Of a stretch of DNA of 64,000 nt, positions 37,988 through 51,278 are shown one piece after another; position 1 is the first letter of the stretch, and each line of letters begins with the position of its first letter. Origin of the DNA: Dicyema japonicum (Eukaryota > Animalia > Dicyemida); the NCBI GenBank assembly GCA_011109175.1, contig RDEW01000028.1, positions 401,000-464,999 of the forward strand, written 5' to 3'. Both the position numbers and the translations under genes were made by a program. Below the pieces are notes generated by a model, which was not told where the DNA came from, did no database searches, and worked only from the letters and a program-made list of their open reading frames with translations.

Positions 37988-40900
37988 TCAAAATAATACT
38001 CGATTAGAAGATCTGTCATCATGTCTTGAACGATCACGAGATGAAAAATCTCTGTACTGCGAATTACCTCTCCTACTTCCATGTAGATCCGGTCTGCGAG
38101 GAGAACTTTGATGTATCACATTATCATGATGATCACGATGGGATCTTTTAGAAGAACTTTGATGTATCACATTATCATGACGATCACGATGGGGTCCTCT
38201 AGGAGAACTTTGATGTATCACATTATCATGATGATCACGATGGGATCTTTTAGGAGAACTTTGATGTATCACATTATCATGACGATCACGATGGGGTCCT
38301 CTAGGAGAACTTTGATGTATCAAATTATCATGACGATCACGATGAGGTCTTTTAGGATTCTTGCGATGACCTTCATTTTGGTTATACGGTTCATAGCTAC
38401 GCTTTCCGTCCCCACGTGATCCAAATGACTGATTGAGAGTCCAGTCAGTCATATTTTGATGAGGTCTATAAGAACCAACATTACGATTCTCAGTAACATA
38501 TTCACTAGCCACATGACATCCAGTCTCCCAATGACGTATTTCATTGACGTGCGGATCTCGAGATGATCCAGTAGATTCATAGCGGTATTTCCCATCAATA
38601 TATCCATATGACATCCCACGATCAGATCTCTGGAAAGATCCGCCAACGTCCCTATATTGATGGTGTCCCTTCTGTTCTGTTTGCCTCTCGAAGCTGTAAT
38701 CAGTCGTATCACGCGCTGTCAAAGATTTTCCCCGGTAAGGTACCAGCGTTGATCTAATCACTCTCTGAAACTTTGAATCAATTCGACTTCTTCTACTTTC
38801 CGCGAGAGCAGGTAACTGCTTAGGGAATCTAATGTGATCAGCAAAGCAAACTGTGCTCCAGGCAACAAACGAGCAGAGAAGACTGTATCGTCACTGTATC
38901 TCATACATTCATATTTAACACTACAAGTAACACAACGGAGGCACCAAAAAACAGAATTTCCAAGGATATCCTCAAAGTACGGGCATTCGGGAATATTCCT
39001 AAACTTACAACACAATAAACTGATATATGGGAAAACTCATATGACTGGGAGATATGTAACCGGTCATTCCATCGAAAAAGGAAGGATCAACAAGTTCTTC
39101 CTGATAAATCATCATAAAAGACAACCCCCACAAGAGCGTTGGCAGTCATAAACTCAAAAGCCTTATTTCCACATCCAATAAACAGTTCGTCATAGCCAAA
39201 TAGATTACGCAACTCTAAATTATTGTAGAAAGTATACTCCAGTCATCATCCAAATGGTCATATTTAGCCCTCACAGTCTCCAAAAGACGTTTTTCGTCAA
39301 TAAATGGTAGCAGAGCAACTCCTACAATAGACACGGTGACCAACCCATCCAAGAATATCTCTTACCGTTCATGTCAATCTCAAAGTCGGTGGGGTAGAAG
39401 TCCAAAATGGGTGACAATGGATCGGTCATGAGGGAAGAAAATACTGGAGGAATGAGCAATCCACTTCTCGGTGGGAGAATTGCCATTAACTGTTCGAGGG
39501 GTCGATACTAAATTTAATTATAGTACTGAACAGGTTCACTGGATCTGTCAAACTGCAAAGTCAGACTACCCAGATCCTTAAAGTCGGAGGCAAATGGAGA
39601 ATAATTATAGGGATAATACCAGGACCACGATGGACATCCCTTGACTAACATAAACAGCAAACCTGGTAGTAATAAAGGAGAACCCAACAAAGTCCAATCG
39701 CATATTGGTCAGACACGAGTTTTCTCAGTTCCTCAGTGCCTGGAACAGTAAACTTGGCCAAGTAATATCGGTCCTTCCACCCTTCTTCCCATAATCTGAC
39801 ATTGTCCTCAGCATCCTTTGGTACTTCTTGGACGACTGGCAATTTTGGGTCAGACTCCAATAAAACAGTACTTCTTCGCTTCTCAGAAGTTGACTTTTTC
39901 TGTTCATCAGTGCTTTTGGTTCTCCAATCAACATTATCGTAGTCAATCTTCTGTCTTTGTTGATAAAATAGCTGAAATTACAGGAAAACAAACATATTTC
40001 TGTCGTCTACTCTTAAATATGTCGTCCTCATAGTGACCCAGCCCTATATTAAGCCACAAATACCAACCAGTCATCATTTCTTGGACACCAGCCAAGTTTA
40101 CATGTCCACTGTCAGTGAGATATCCCTGCATATCAGAACACAAACTACCTTAATCTTGTAAACTACAGACTTGTAAATCTCCACCAAACGAGGAATTGCA
40201 TTCTCTCTGCAAATAAACTCATAAAACTACCGAATGTCAAGTGAGGGTAAATGAGGGAGGAAATCATTCCCAACAAAAAAACATATAAACACCCAGTCGT
40301 CAATAATCCTCTGCATTCACTCAAATAGGTCACCTCAAAGTCGTACTGAATCGGACAGTTTGGAAGCTGAATATCCACAGACAAGTAACCACGGAGAATA
40401 TGCAAAGGAACGAAAATAAAACGAACAATGTTGCTGTATACTGCAAGACCAGGATCCACGTCAGACGCAGCCAAGCCTTTGCATTCCTTCATCGAATGTC
40501 CTATTATAGATTATACAAGATCCTACCAAATTGCCCACAAATATCACAGGGTTTGGGTTTATTTGGTATGAACTCTTCTCTTAGGATGGTAAAATGGGGC
40601 TCGTGTGTGGCCAATCCTGAGATATAAAGAAACAGTACCAAGCATTATTAGATCAGCTAAGGATTAGTAAGAATTATACCGTCTGCTCCGAAAATGCAGT
40701 GCCTCGTATTTGGGTTGTGGGATGACTGGCCTGGAATTACTTAATCTTAAATAACCCCGTTGTTTTCTTATAAAGTCCATTATCTTATGTTCTCCCTCAC
40801 CCGGAACAGAGGAGTAGAGAGGATCACTCGTATTTTCTTCCAGGCAGGGGATTGGTTGCATTTCTTATATATAAAATGACGGAGAGCTGATGAGAGAAGA

Positions 40901-41508
40901 TCCATGAACTGTGTGCCCTTAATCACTGAATAATCACTACAGGAGAAATGCAGTTGCTGTCAAATTCCAACCTCTCAGGACACAGCTCCAAATCGTATCC
41001 TTTATCCCTCAGATATTCCCTAATCTCAGAAACGGACTGAGCTTTCAAGCTAAAATGAGGTTTTAAGGAAAACCTCAGTTCTTTGGCGGCACGGAACCTT
41101 CTCGATCTTTGCTGGTTCATTTTAGCTCGTGGAGCCTTAAAATAATAGAAAATTATAAAATTACATACAACACCGTCAACAGCCATATACAACAATTTTC
41201 GAGGTCTGACCAAGGAGAAGACCCTGTCAATGTAATCAAATATAGCTAGCATCATCTCGGTTGTGTCCTTTGGGGAAGTTCTAGGGTTAGTCTTTACTAA
41301 ACTTGTTATCTGGGTGACTGCAGGGGTGGATTATGGCATTCATATCGAGATAGAGGTTGTCGAATTCCAAATTGTTTGGATTCGGCTTTGTCAAGTCAGC
41401 ATTTTCGTCCTTTAGGTAATTTTAACTGATTACCGGGTCTTCAGACGCATAGACTACAATTTCCGGATATTTAGTACTGAGCCACCTAAAAAGAGACGGA
41501 ACACCCAT
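37988..41508 (-). CDS. XRN2: 5'-3' exoribonuclease 2
   Basis: [100 protein letters not shown]; low-complexity R/D/H/S tail. Confidence 0.96.
38090..38344 (-). repeat. coding tandem repeat, 5 x 51 nt
   Basis: Unit HRD(R/H)[10 protein letters not shown](RGP/KRS), alternating variants. Confidence 0.95.
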
Positions 41509-41569
41509 GTTGAAAAATATTGTTTAATATTATTTAAAATGAAATATATTAAATAAAGAACTACTTTCA

Positions 41570-41960
41570 ATCAAAATATTTCCACGAGGTTCTCCATTTT
41601 CGCTGGCACTTTTTAATCTGCCCAGATAATTTGAAAAGTCATTGTTCCCATTGACTTAATTATCGATTTAGCTTAAAGAATTGACACTGAATTGTCTTTC
41701 ACAATAATTATCGAGGAGGAGCCACTATGTTTTGCGGAAGTCGTCACTTTTGAACTTGGCCAGATGTCCCAGATCCTTGAGGAAAGTTAAAGGCTCTATA
41801 TTTATTGCCCCAGTTGTCTCGACAGTAATCTCATGGAACGTAAACCTGTCGAAGAGTCTTTGGTAATTTTTCCCTCTAGCCTACTTCACTTTTTCTGCGG
41901 TGGATAGTTTTTTTCTCGGTGATATTAGATGGAGTCGATAAGAATAAGCATTATGTCCAT
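41570..41960 (-). mobile_element. CRE-like 3' fragment
   Basis: K..NYQRLFDRFTFHEITVETTGAI ... IKSMGTM motifs. Confidence 0.6.
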
Positions 41961-42428
41961 ACGTATCCACAATTCCATCGCATCGGCACTAAACGTGCAT
42001 GACATATTTTCAATTCCAGTCAGATAAAAATTTCGATACGAACTGTATTATCGTCGAAGCGTGTCCCGGGAGAGTATTGATAGTGCACTTTTCCCTTCGG
42101 ATATCCCAACAACCAGCATATCAGCAGTCTTTCAAATTTATCTTTGCCATGATTTTGTAAAGGTCTTTCTGATCTGGCAGATAAACTTCCAAGTACTCCG
42201 TATTGCTTGTTTTTGAGGGAGATGAAAAAATATCTTGATTAACACCTGACTGGAGTACAGGAAAGGGAGGAATTTGGGGTGTGTTAAATCTGCAGGAGAG
42301 TAGATATCTCGACCGCCGAAGTAGATGGGTAATGCTACTTTTCTTCAAATTTGACGTTCGTGAGATGTTCATCAGTGTAACAGTAGGGAATTGTTTGATT
42401 CGAACTGTTTCATTATCGAGAAATAAAA

Positions 42429-43260
42429 GGTTCCCAATCAATAGTGTCACTTTTCCAATCAATAACGTTGGAGAAGGTAAGTATATTTTTCCGATGAAAA
42501 CATCTTAAAAACAATTTTTTTTAATTAAAAAAATTACCTATGGCAACGGTTGAGTGGTTGACACTTTAATAAAGGCTAATCGTACTCTCAGTCTGTCTAT
42601 TCTACCCCGTTTACAATTGTTACTTTCAACGTCAGAAGACTCGCTTCGAATACTCAACAGGAGACCTTATGCATGGATCGAGGAGGAAAGTTATATGGAG
42701 AAAAATGGTAGAACTGATAGTGAAGAGCGCGGCAAAACTGGTAAAAACCTAAAGTATTCATATGCTTATGGGTAACGCGAGAATTCATTTAACTAACTAA
42801 CTATGGCAACCGATCAAAATAAAAGGAACCAGAAAAATCTATCTAAGAAAGGAGCATTTCTGACGTTTTAAGAAAGTTGTCGAATTGAGAGGATTTAAGG
42901 TTTTTTGGAATCCTTAAAAATATTTGTTCTGAAAAGGGAATTGAATACCCGATTTATATTCTTAAAAAAATTTAGTATTCAGCATTATCCTGTGTTAAAT
43001 AGTTGATTGAAATACAAACCTCCGTCTTCTTTAATTGCCTCCATGCTCACAATTTTTCAATCCAATTGAGAATGTAATTCAGTAGATGAAAAAACCATGT
43101 TTACAAAGGAAGGGCTGAAAATGAACAATTTTTATTGAGTCTAATTAAAAATGGATTTGAAAGTATTACCCAAATGTTACATAATTTTTTTTTTTTTTGT
43201 TTTTATCTTTAAAAATTATCTGTTATTGATTGGAAAGTTACGCTATTGATTTGGAAACCC
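42429..43260. mobile_element. non-autonomous TIR element (about 830 bp)
   Basis: Imperfect ~38-bp inverted repeats ggttcccaatcaatagtgtcacttttccaatcaataac / gttattgattggaaagttacgctattgatttggaaacc. Confidence 0.6.
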
Positions 43261-43489
43261 TATAAGACGCATTTTGTTGAACGCCCAAATGTGCTCATAG
43301 ATCCTGTTTTTAGAATTAACACATCTAACGGGGGAAAAGTCATACAAAAGGCTGAGAATATCAATAGAAGCGTTCAGAGCTACTTCGTGTACATCGGAGT
43401 TAAATTATCGGCGTCCCTCACTTTTGCCAACATCCTTAAGTTTAGCAAAAACTGGAATATTAACTGATTTAACAGCATTAAAATTGTGA

Positions 43490-44430
43490 TTTATGCTTTT
43501 CTGTGAAAGTTACATGGGAAATATTCCTGTTTTTCATGTTAATGTCCGCACAACATGCGTATGTTCCTTCCGACCGCTACTAACTCATAGACTTTTCTTG
43601 GTTGATCCGCCAACGATCTGCCGCCTTTTGGAAGTTTCTTCTCGAATTTTTGAAGAGAAACTTGATCAGGATGTCTTATTTCATGATTGATTAAGATTCG
43701 TTCAGATGGGTAACCCTTTCTCAAAATGGGTTACCTTATTATTATTAACCCAAGAACATCAATAGTTAATTTAATTACTAAATTAATTAAGTGATCAGAA
43801 TTCTCATTTTCTTCTCGTGCGCCTTCTGGGATCCAACACAACTTCTCTGTGAGCGGGGTGGTTTCGGGAATAGGAATTGGAGAGGAGTAATGTATACCCT
43901 TCTCATAAGACACGTCGTAGATGTGTATTGTTGAGAGTTGCACTGCTTGCACAGGGTAGCAAATCCCTTTCCATTTTGTCGGATAAGGTCTTCAAGTGAT
44001 GAGGGTATTAGTTTTTCTTGTTTCCCGAGATTACTAATAGTAGTGGCTGTTAAGGCCTGAATGTCCCGGATTCTTTGTTTGTTCGTCCAGGACAGATTGA
44101 TTCCCCATGACGTACAGCATAGTTGACAGATGGCTCAATGAATTGTTTGTACAACAATTTCAAAGCTGGGAAAAGGGTTTTAATGCCACCGAAAATAGCT
44201 TTGATTATCCCTAGCTTTCTTGAGCAGCTTCCAGAGACAGCGTCGACGTGAGATGAAAAGACATGTGTGTGTCGAAGGTGATACCCAAGATTTTCAGTTT
44301 CTTCGTGAAAGGTATATTGTCTGGTTGATAAATATATCCATTGTCATTTGTCCAAGTCGTTTGTCTGAGGTAAATAAAGACGAAGAAGATTTTTCAGTAG
44401 ATATATCAAGCCGGTTTATTAAATTTAGTT
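43490..44430 (-). mobile_element. degenerate LINE 3' region
   Basis: LKILGITFDTHMSF, LSTMLY motifs with many stops. Confidence 0.55.
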
Positions 44431-44524
44431 CAAGAGTCAATACTTTTAAAAGAATTTATAGATTTTGGATAATTAATAATTTAAAATTTAATATAAAAAT
44501 TCATTTGAATTTTTTTTGTTGTGG

Positions 44525-44954
44525 ATGGCAGGCTTTATAGCTTTGGGTTTAGGCGCTGCTGCTATAGGGTTTGGCGGTTTTATTTTGTTTTAATATTTAA
44601 AGGAAGATTAATATTAAGAAGTTCTCAGAAGTATGGTTTGGCTGAAAAACTCAAAATGGGTGGATTTATACCAGATCTCGTATGTTACATTTACTAACCA
44701 GTAGAGTACTGGGAAATACTACAGAGGAGGATTTGATAAGAAGATGACAAATCGTGAGGCTCTGCTCATCCTCGGATTGAAGTATTGGCCTGCTTTTTAG
44801 TTATTAGTCAGACAAATTCTACAAAACAGCGTATTAAGGAGACTCATAGAAAATAATGATTCTCAACCATCCTGATAGGGGAGGTTCTCCTTACTTGGCT
44901 GCTAAAATTAATGAGGCGAAGGATTTTCTAGAATCTAAAGGAAGATTTAACTGA
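44525..44954 (+). CDS. DNAJC19: mitochondrial import J-protein TIM14/PAM18
   Basis: [56 protein letters not shown]; one A missing in the A-run at about 44850. Confidence 0.93.
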
Positions 44955-45004
44955 TTTTTAATATTATTTTTGAATTATTTCAAACCTTTTTATTTTTTAT
45001 TAGG

Positions 45005-45250
45005 GAATTTAATACAAGCAAGTTCACCCAGAGTTAATGGAAAGGAAAGAACTCATCAATCCTTCCAGTTGTGGAAACCCCTTCCATGAAGTGGAGGAAA
45101 ATAAATGACCTTTTTTCATGCCATTCCGGTATTGAGCATCATCTGAGACAAATAGATGATTTAATACCACTTTTTCATAACAAGTGAAGACAAGGAACGA
45201 AAGAAATTAATAGAAACCTTCGACCATGTAACCAGTAAAGGGAATCAATG
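45005..45250 (-). mobile_element. short retroposon family 2, diverged copy
   Basis: cagttgtggaaaccc...aaatgaccttttttcatgcc matches 23985-24040. Confidence 0.7.
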
Positions 45251-45255
45251 TTATG

Positions 45256-45780
45256 TTATGTTGTCCAATTAAGTCGTGTTCGACCCTTGGAGATCTCATG
45301 AACGAGTTTCCTCCACTCTCCCCGATCCGTTGCAATTTGGAGTAGCCTTGATATAGACATTCCCGTGACGTCTTCCACCGTGCATAGCCACCGACTCCTT
45401 GGTCGGCCAGGTCTTCTCTTCCCAGTAATATTGCTTAGCATAATGGTTCTTTCCAGTGAATCAGAGCGGACAACATGCCCAAAGAACGCCAATCTGTGTT
45501 TTACGATTCTTCCTTCTAGCGAAATGTCAGTCTCTACCCGTTTGAGTACATCGATGTTTGTTATTTTGGAAGTCCAAGGGATTCTTAGTAACCTCCTCCA
45601 GCACCACAGCTCAAATTCATCAATTTTTCGTCTATCCGCCTTTTTCAGTATCCATGATTCTGCGCCGTATAGAAAAACCGGGAACACGATTGCATTAACT
45701 AGTCTGCATTTGGTCCTTAATGAAATATCTTTGTTTTTCCAAATTCTATTCATTTTCTGGAAGGTGTCAAACCCAGTACC
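45256..45780 (-). mobile_element. RTE-clade LINE 3' fragment
   Basis: TKCRLVNAIVFPVFLYGAESW, FELWCWRRLLRIPWT, FFGHVVR, GKRRPGRPRSRW. Confidence 0.9.
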
Positions 45781-46301
45781 AATTACTAATCTACCTGGGG
45801 AATCTTCCGTTTTACTGACGTTGTATAAGAACATTTTTAGTTAACTATATAATTCTGCAATAATAAGGGAAAATAAAAAAATATCTATCCTTGCAGTCGT
45901 GGTACTCCTCCAAGGAAAGATCAAATAGGAAGTTATCAGAAACAACTAGGACTATCATCATTAAGACTTTAAATGATTTTTGGGAACCTTCAAATTCGCA
46001 ATAATGTTTTAGATATATAAAAACTCGTCCATTTTCATCACACGTCCTCACAGGTGAAATCTGTTTGACAAAAATTGACCTTCGCTGGAAACTCCATCTC
46101 GCGGATTCGAACCACGACCTTCAGATCTGATGTCATCAGACGTTCACGTTCAGTCAAAAGGTTAATATCTTGTGCTTTTAAGAATATATTTTAATTGTTG
46201 TCCGTCCAATCAAGATACAAGGCACACCATCAATTCATCAATAATTAAAGTTTTATTTTAATTAAAAAATAAATAAGAATTCAAAAATATTTATTGTGGT
46301 G

Positions 46302-46760
46302 ATGCCTAGGGTTGATAAATTTGGAAGAACAATAAATAAAGGTTAATTCATTTAAAATAATATATTAGATTATAAAAGATCCCCCAGAAAGCATCGATCT
46401 GACCACAGGAGATCATCTCACTCTCACAGGTCCCACCATAGGGGATCTCCTCATAGACACCACCACAAAAGAACTTTGTCCCCCGAAAAACCAATTAGTA
46501 TCCCATTATTTTCAAAATTCAGCTATTGAAGTCGAACCATCAGTAAAATCAAAAGAAATACCTACTGAGGAGTCCGAAATGATGGAATTACTTGGAATCT
46601 CATCATTTGGGAGTACAAAGGTAATCTGAAATCATTAGAATAGAACAAACAAGTTCCCAAAAATGACATTTACGCGGCAAATATTGTCAAAAAACGTAAA
46701 TACAGACAATATATGAATAGAAAAGGAGGGTTTAATCGTCCTCTTGATCCTATGGTCTGA
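46302..46760 (+). CDS. SNRNP27: U4/U6.U5 tri-snRNP 27 kDa protein
   Basis: R/S/H-rich N-terminus, [15 protein letters not shown]|[23 protein letters not shown]. Confidence 0.95.
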
Positions 46761-46769
46761 CTCTTTGAT

Positions 46770-48800
46770 AGTGTTGTTTTGATTTATTTTGATAGTAGTT
46801 GTGTGTTTCGGTTAGTTTGACTCCCAGCATGGAGATTCGGGGTCAATGGAGGATTATCAAAAGGACTGGGGTATCCGAAGATGAGAATTGTCGTGTGATT
46901 GTGGTAAATAATGTTAACAGGCTGATTTTTGTTTGTGGAGATATAAGATTCAAGAATATTTATTAAAATTTGGTGATTATAATATTTTTACCTACCATTG
47001 TCCGCTGTAATGACAAAATCGACTAATCTCAGATTTCTCTATTTCAACTTGAAGCTATTTTTAAGGGCGACAAAAATTCCTATGACTTTAATAGCAACCC
47101 TCTCTACAGAATCATTCGAAAGTTATGAAGACTCCCAAAAATATGAATTGGCATCCCCAATAGAAGAGCAGTACATGATTCCAGTCCTCATCTATATTGA
47201 TCGTACTCGGCGAGTCTGTGATTACTTAGTAGACTGAGAGGATTCTTTTTCTCTTAACCTGAGTGATCCTGCGGGAATAAAATAACATTTTTTAGCATTT
47301 CGGGGGCCGTGTGATAACTAGGACCACGTCGGGATCATGTGAAAATGTTGTAGGCATTCTTCCTGTTTTCTTCTGCAGTAAGACGATTCGTTCTTTTATT
47401 AAGGGAGAAAGACCACCCCTTAATCGTAAATTAAGGGAGGATAATTCCTTAAAAAATAAAAGAAAGTCCGCATTTCTAATTTTCGAAGGTATGGAAGTAC
47501 TTGGAATACTTTCTCTCATCTCGATTCTCTCAGTAAAGAAAAAGGTTCAGAACTGATCCCTGAAAGACCCATTTTTCATTACGACTTCTTATGAGGCGTG
47601 TAGTACAAAAAATATCCTCTGGTCAGAAAATCCCTTATCCATATGCATAAAGATCCCTCCATTCAGGGAGAATGAAATAGTTTAACAAGACATGATGTCA
47701 TACAGTTTTAAACTTTGTATATATCAAGATATACGACGTTTAGATGATTCTTGATGTTACGTGATTTAACAAACTCCTAGTTGAGGTAAAATAAGCACTG
47801 TCTTCAGATTCGTTCCAAACGGAAGCCAAACTGATATTGACTAGAAATCACTCGATTCACTAATTTCAGAGAGTTTCCTGAAACAATGCGTTGCATTATC
47901 TTCGGCATCGAGTATATTAAGCATTTGGATATGTAGCTCAATATTTCTCTTTTGGTTTCCCAAGTTTAAGTATTATTCTGATGATTGAAAACTTCCTATC
48001 AATCGGATGTACTCAACTTTAAACTAGCTTCAAATAAGCTTTTGGAGGTCTCAAAGAAACCGACTGTTTTCTCTTTGAAGAGTCTCATCTTCACCTTGTC
48101 CGGGTGCATTGTTTTTGCATTTATTTATGAAGTATGTGGTACGTCAAATCCCAACAATAAATTTTCTTGAGACCCTTCTTTACATTGACCAATCTTTGTG
48201 GGATAAAATCATGAGATCTACATCCTGGATCTTTTTATTGGTGCCAGATGCTTCCTCCCGTGTATATATTTCACTATCTGTAGCACAGCGCTTCAGGAAA
48301 CTCCCCAGGAGACATGCAATTCATCCGCTATATGGTCAATTTTTTGGCTAAAATTGGATTTTCTGTCAAATCTCACAGCTCGAGAGAGACGACTTGTCGT
48401 AGTGATCTCAGCTACATATCAAGTATCAAAACCCAGGAAAACATTGCCTGTTCTTTCGATATCTTGGTTATAGTTATCCATCTTTTGGATTATATAGTCA
48501 ATCTTGATAATCTGTAGAATGTCTGGATACTCCACATAAGCCATAACACATAATTGATCCTTGACTTGATGAATCACAATTTGCGCATTTCTTCTCTTCA
48601 CTATGTATTTGATAGAGTCTGTTATACCATGAAGACCACTACATCGTATCTCTTCGTATCTTCAATAACCAATGTATTCAAACTTAATTTAAAAGTCAGT
48701 ATTGTGGTCTTGTGACTTCACATGGTGCGGTGAAAGCTGTCATTCTCTCCATAGCCTTTTTTGACAAGCCCCTTGTCCCAAAGCCTCCTCCATAATTACT
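46770..48800 (-). mobile_element. heavily decayed APE-RT LINE
   Basis: QFGFR, HLNVVYLDI.K remnants near 47700-47840; many stops; boundaries approximate. Confidence 0.6.
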
Positions 48801-48911
48801 AGAAACAAAAAAGTAAATTTTTGTTATTTTGGTAAATATATTAATCAATTTTAGAAAATTATAATAAAAAGTAAATTAATAAGCGCCAATGTTCTACTCA
48901 AAAATTTATTG

Positions 48912-50674
48912 TCAACAAATTTTCTTGTAGTGAACACTATTTGATAAAACTGAGTGCCCGTTGTGTGCGGTACTGTATGCATCAGTGTAGTCCCTAGTAA
49001 TTAAAAATTACAAATACTAGGGATTCTTAGTACAAAATTATTCATTTTAGATCTTCCTACTGCATTTACAGCAGATACAGCAAAATTATAGTCAACTCCA
49101 GGAGTCATCAAATATGACAGATCGTAAGTCGTCATGGTCCCATTTAACACAATTTCGTTATTCTAATAGTAAAATAAACACCACCATGTTATAATAAATG
49201 ACGTAGTGTGTTATGTTGTATCCATTTTTGTTTGGGGGAGTCCACAATACGGTGGTATTACCCATGAGTGTAAGATTAGTGACTTTATCAGGAATTCCTA
49301 ATATTATTTAATGCTAGGGCAACCGAATTTTGGAAAAAAATGTTGTGTTAAATACTTGGGATGTCCCATACTTGTTTTCAACGTATGCGTTGAAAATATA
49401 ACTCGTATTTTTCATTACGTCTGTAATATAAAACGTGGTTTGGTTGATCTCATAACTTGTGTAATTGGTAGAATTTCGCTAAAATAACTGTAAAGATACA
49501 TAAATAAATATTTTAATTTCATAATTCGTCATGTTTGCAATATTGAAGACAATTTTGTTCGATGATAGGTTCGCCCATGATATGTTTTGAAATGAGATAG
49601 GACCCGGTTTGTCTAAAAGTAAAAAGTAATCAAAACATCCAAATTCTATGAAAGCGGACGATGAAGAATTTCCAATGATGTTTGTAATGTAACAGGAAGC
49701 TTCATATATCCCAGGAATGGAAATATTGACAGAAAGTGATGCAGTTTTATTATAATTTGTTCCATTTACCGCTAAAATGTGTTCCGCGTATGTCTTTATG
49801 TAAGTTCTGATATTACCGTATTATTTAAAGTAATTGAAATATTCGGTTGAGGACGTCCGTAACCAGAACAGCTAATCCGGCTCACTGTATTGACAGCTTT
49901 TGTAGCATTCAGAAACTCAGTAACCAATGGTGGGGCTAAGGGATTAGCAGGTTGATTACATTTAACAAAAATCAAAAATGAGAAAGATTTAATCTCGGAA
50001 GGATTGAAGACTCTCATAGCATATTGTCCCTCATCAGTCAATTGGGGGTTATTGAATGTAATTGAATTATCCGTGATTGTGATCTTTGAACTATTATCTT
50101 AAATATCACATCGTCACTCACAAATTTGATTTGTCACACCATTATTTTCTCTGACCCAAAAAATGGCACTCTGTAGCTGATTTGTTATCTTAGGACTGCA
50201 CGTGTATGTGTGAGATATATTGATAGTCATGTAGTCAGTCAGTGAACAGTTCGGAAAGCTTATGATTTCCTCTAAACAATATATGCATGCAACTTACCAT
50301 CCACATACAAGTGAAATTGTATTTGAGTCAGGTTGTAAGTTGAATTTCCATATGCGCACTTGTATACTCCAGCCATTGAAGGCACGATATTATTAAAGTA
50401 TAAAGTCAAGGATGAGGTCGATCCAAAAGTAAATCTATTAACTTCTCTAGACATAAAAATATTATAAACGATTGTTTAATTTCAATTCCATTTTGATACC
50501 ACATAACGAAAAGAGAAGACACTGCTGGACTCGCCGTACATAACACGTTTTTAGAATCACCACTTTTGGCGTAAATTTCAGAATTGGAGAGAGATAAAGA
50601 CGTGCCTTATAGATTGGTAGATTGAAATTACCTGAAACAAAATTCAGCAAAAAATAAAAAACAATGAACCGCAT
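48912..50674 (-). CDS. Ig-domain and FN3 protein with signal peptide
   Basis: MRFIVFYFLLNFVS signal peptide; Ig motifs (AGVYKC, DEGQY, CSGYGRPQPNI); FN3 (PDKVTNL..VLWTPP..NGYNITHY, PGVDYNFAVSAVNAVG); many N-x-S/T sites. Confidence 0.8.
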
Positions 50675-51278
50675 AGTATCAAATATGAACTATTGACTGT
50701 AATTATATATATTATAGCACGCATAATCTTACATGTTATAATTATCTTTGAATCGATCATATCCAATTATAGATCATTTATTTCAATTATTTCAGTACAA
50801 CTAGATAAAATTATACCAATAAAATATGAATATAAAAAAACAAAATATAATAATGTCGGTAAAGTGGTTGATACCTCTAAAAACTCTTTATCCCATTGTT
50901 AGTCTGTTTATTCGGAAGAAACTAGGAGGAATGATAGTAAGGAATATGGCACAGGGAAATCCTAAATATTCTTATGGGAAACGCGGAAGTTATTTTAACA
51001 AAAAAAACTAATCTTACATTTACTAATCATTATATTAATTTTGAATTAAGATTGAAAAACAACATTTGGCTTAAATTTACGATTGAGTCTAAAGTTTCAG
51101 AGAAGTTGTAAATGTTTTTAAAAAAGTAATTCCATTTTTTAAAATTATGTTCGTGCAAATTATCAGAAACAAAAGTGAAGTTTTCTTTGATTCTCAAAGG
51201 TTATTGATTTTTACTTTTGAACTAAGAATTTTCCTGTAATTGCGTTAACCTAGAGACATTTGATTCCATTCTCTAATC

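Noticed and set aside
38090-38419. CRISPR-like array, or plus-strand Met/Ile-rich ORF
   Set aside because: Head-to-tail coding repeat without unique spacers; the plus ORF is the antisense shadow of XRN2.
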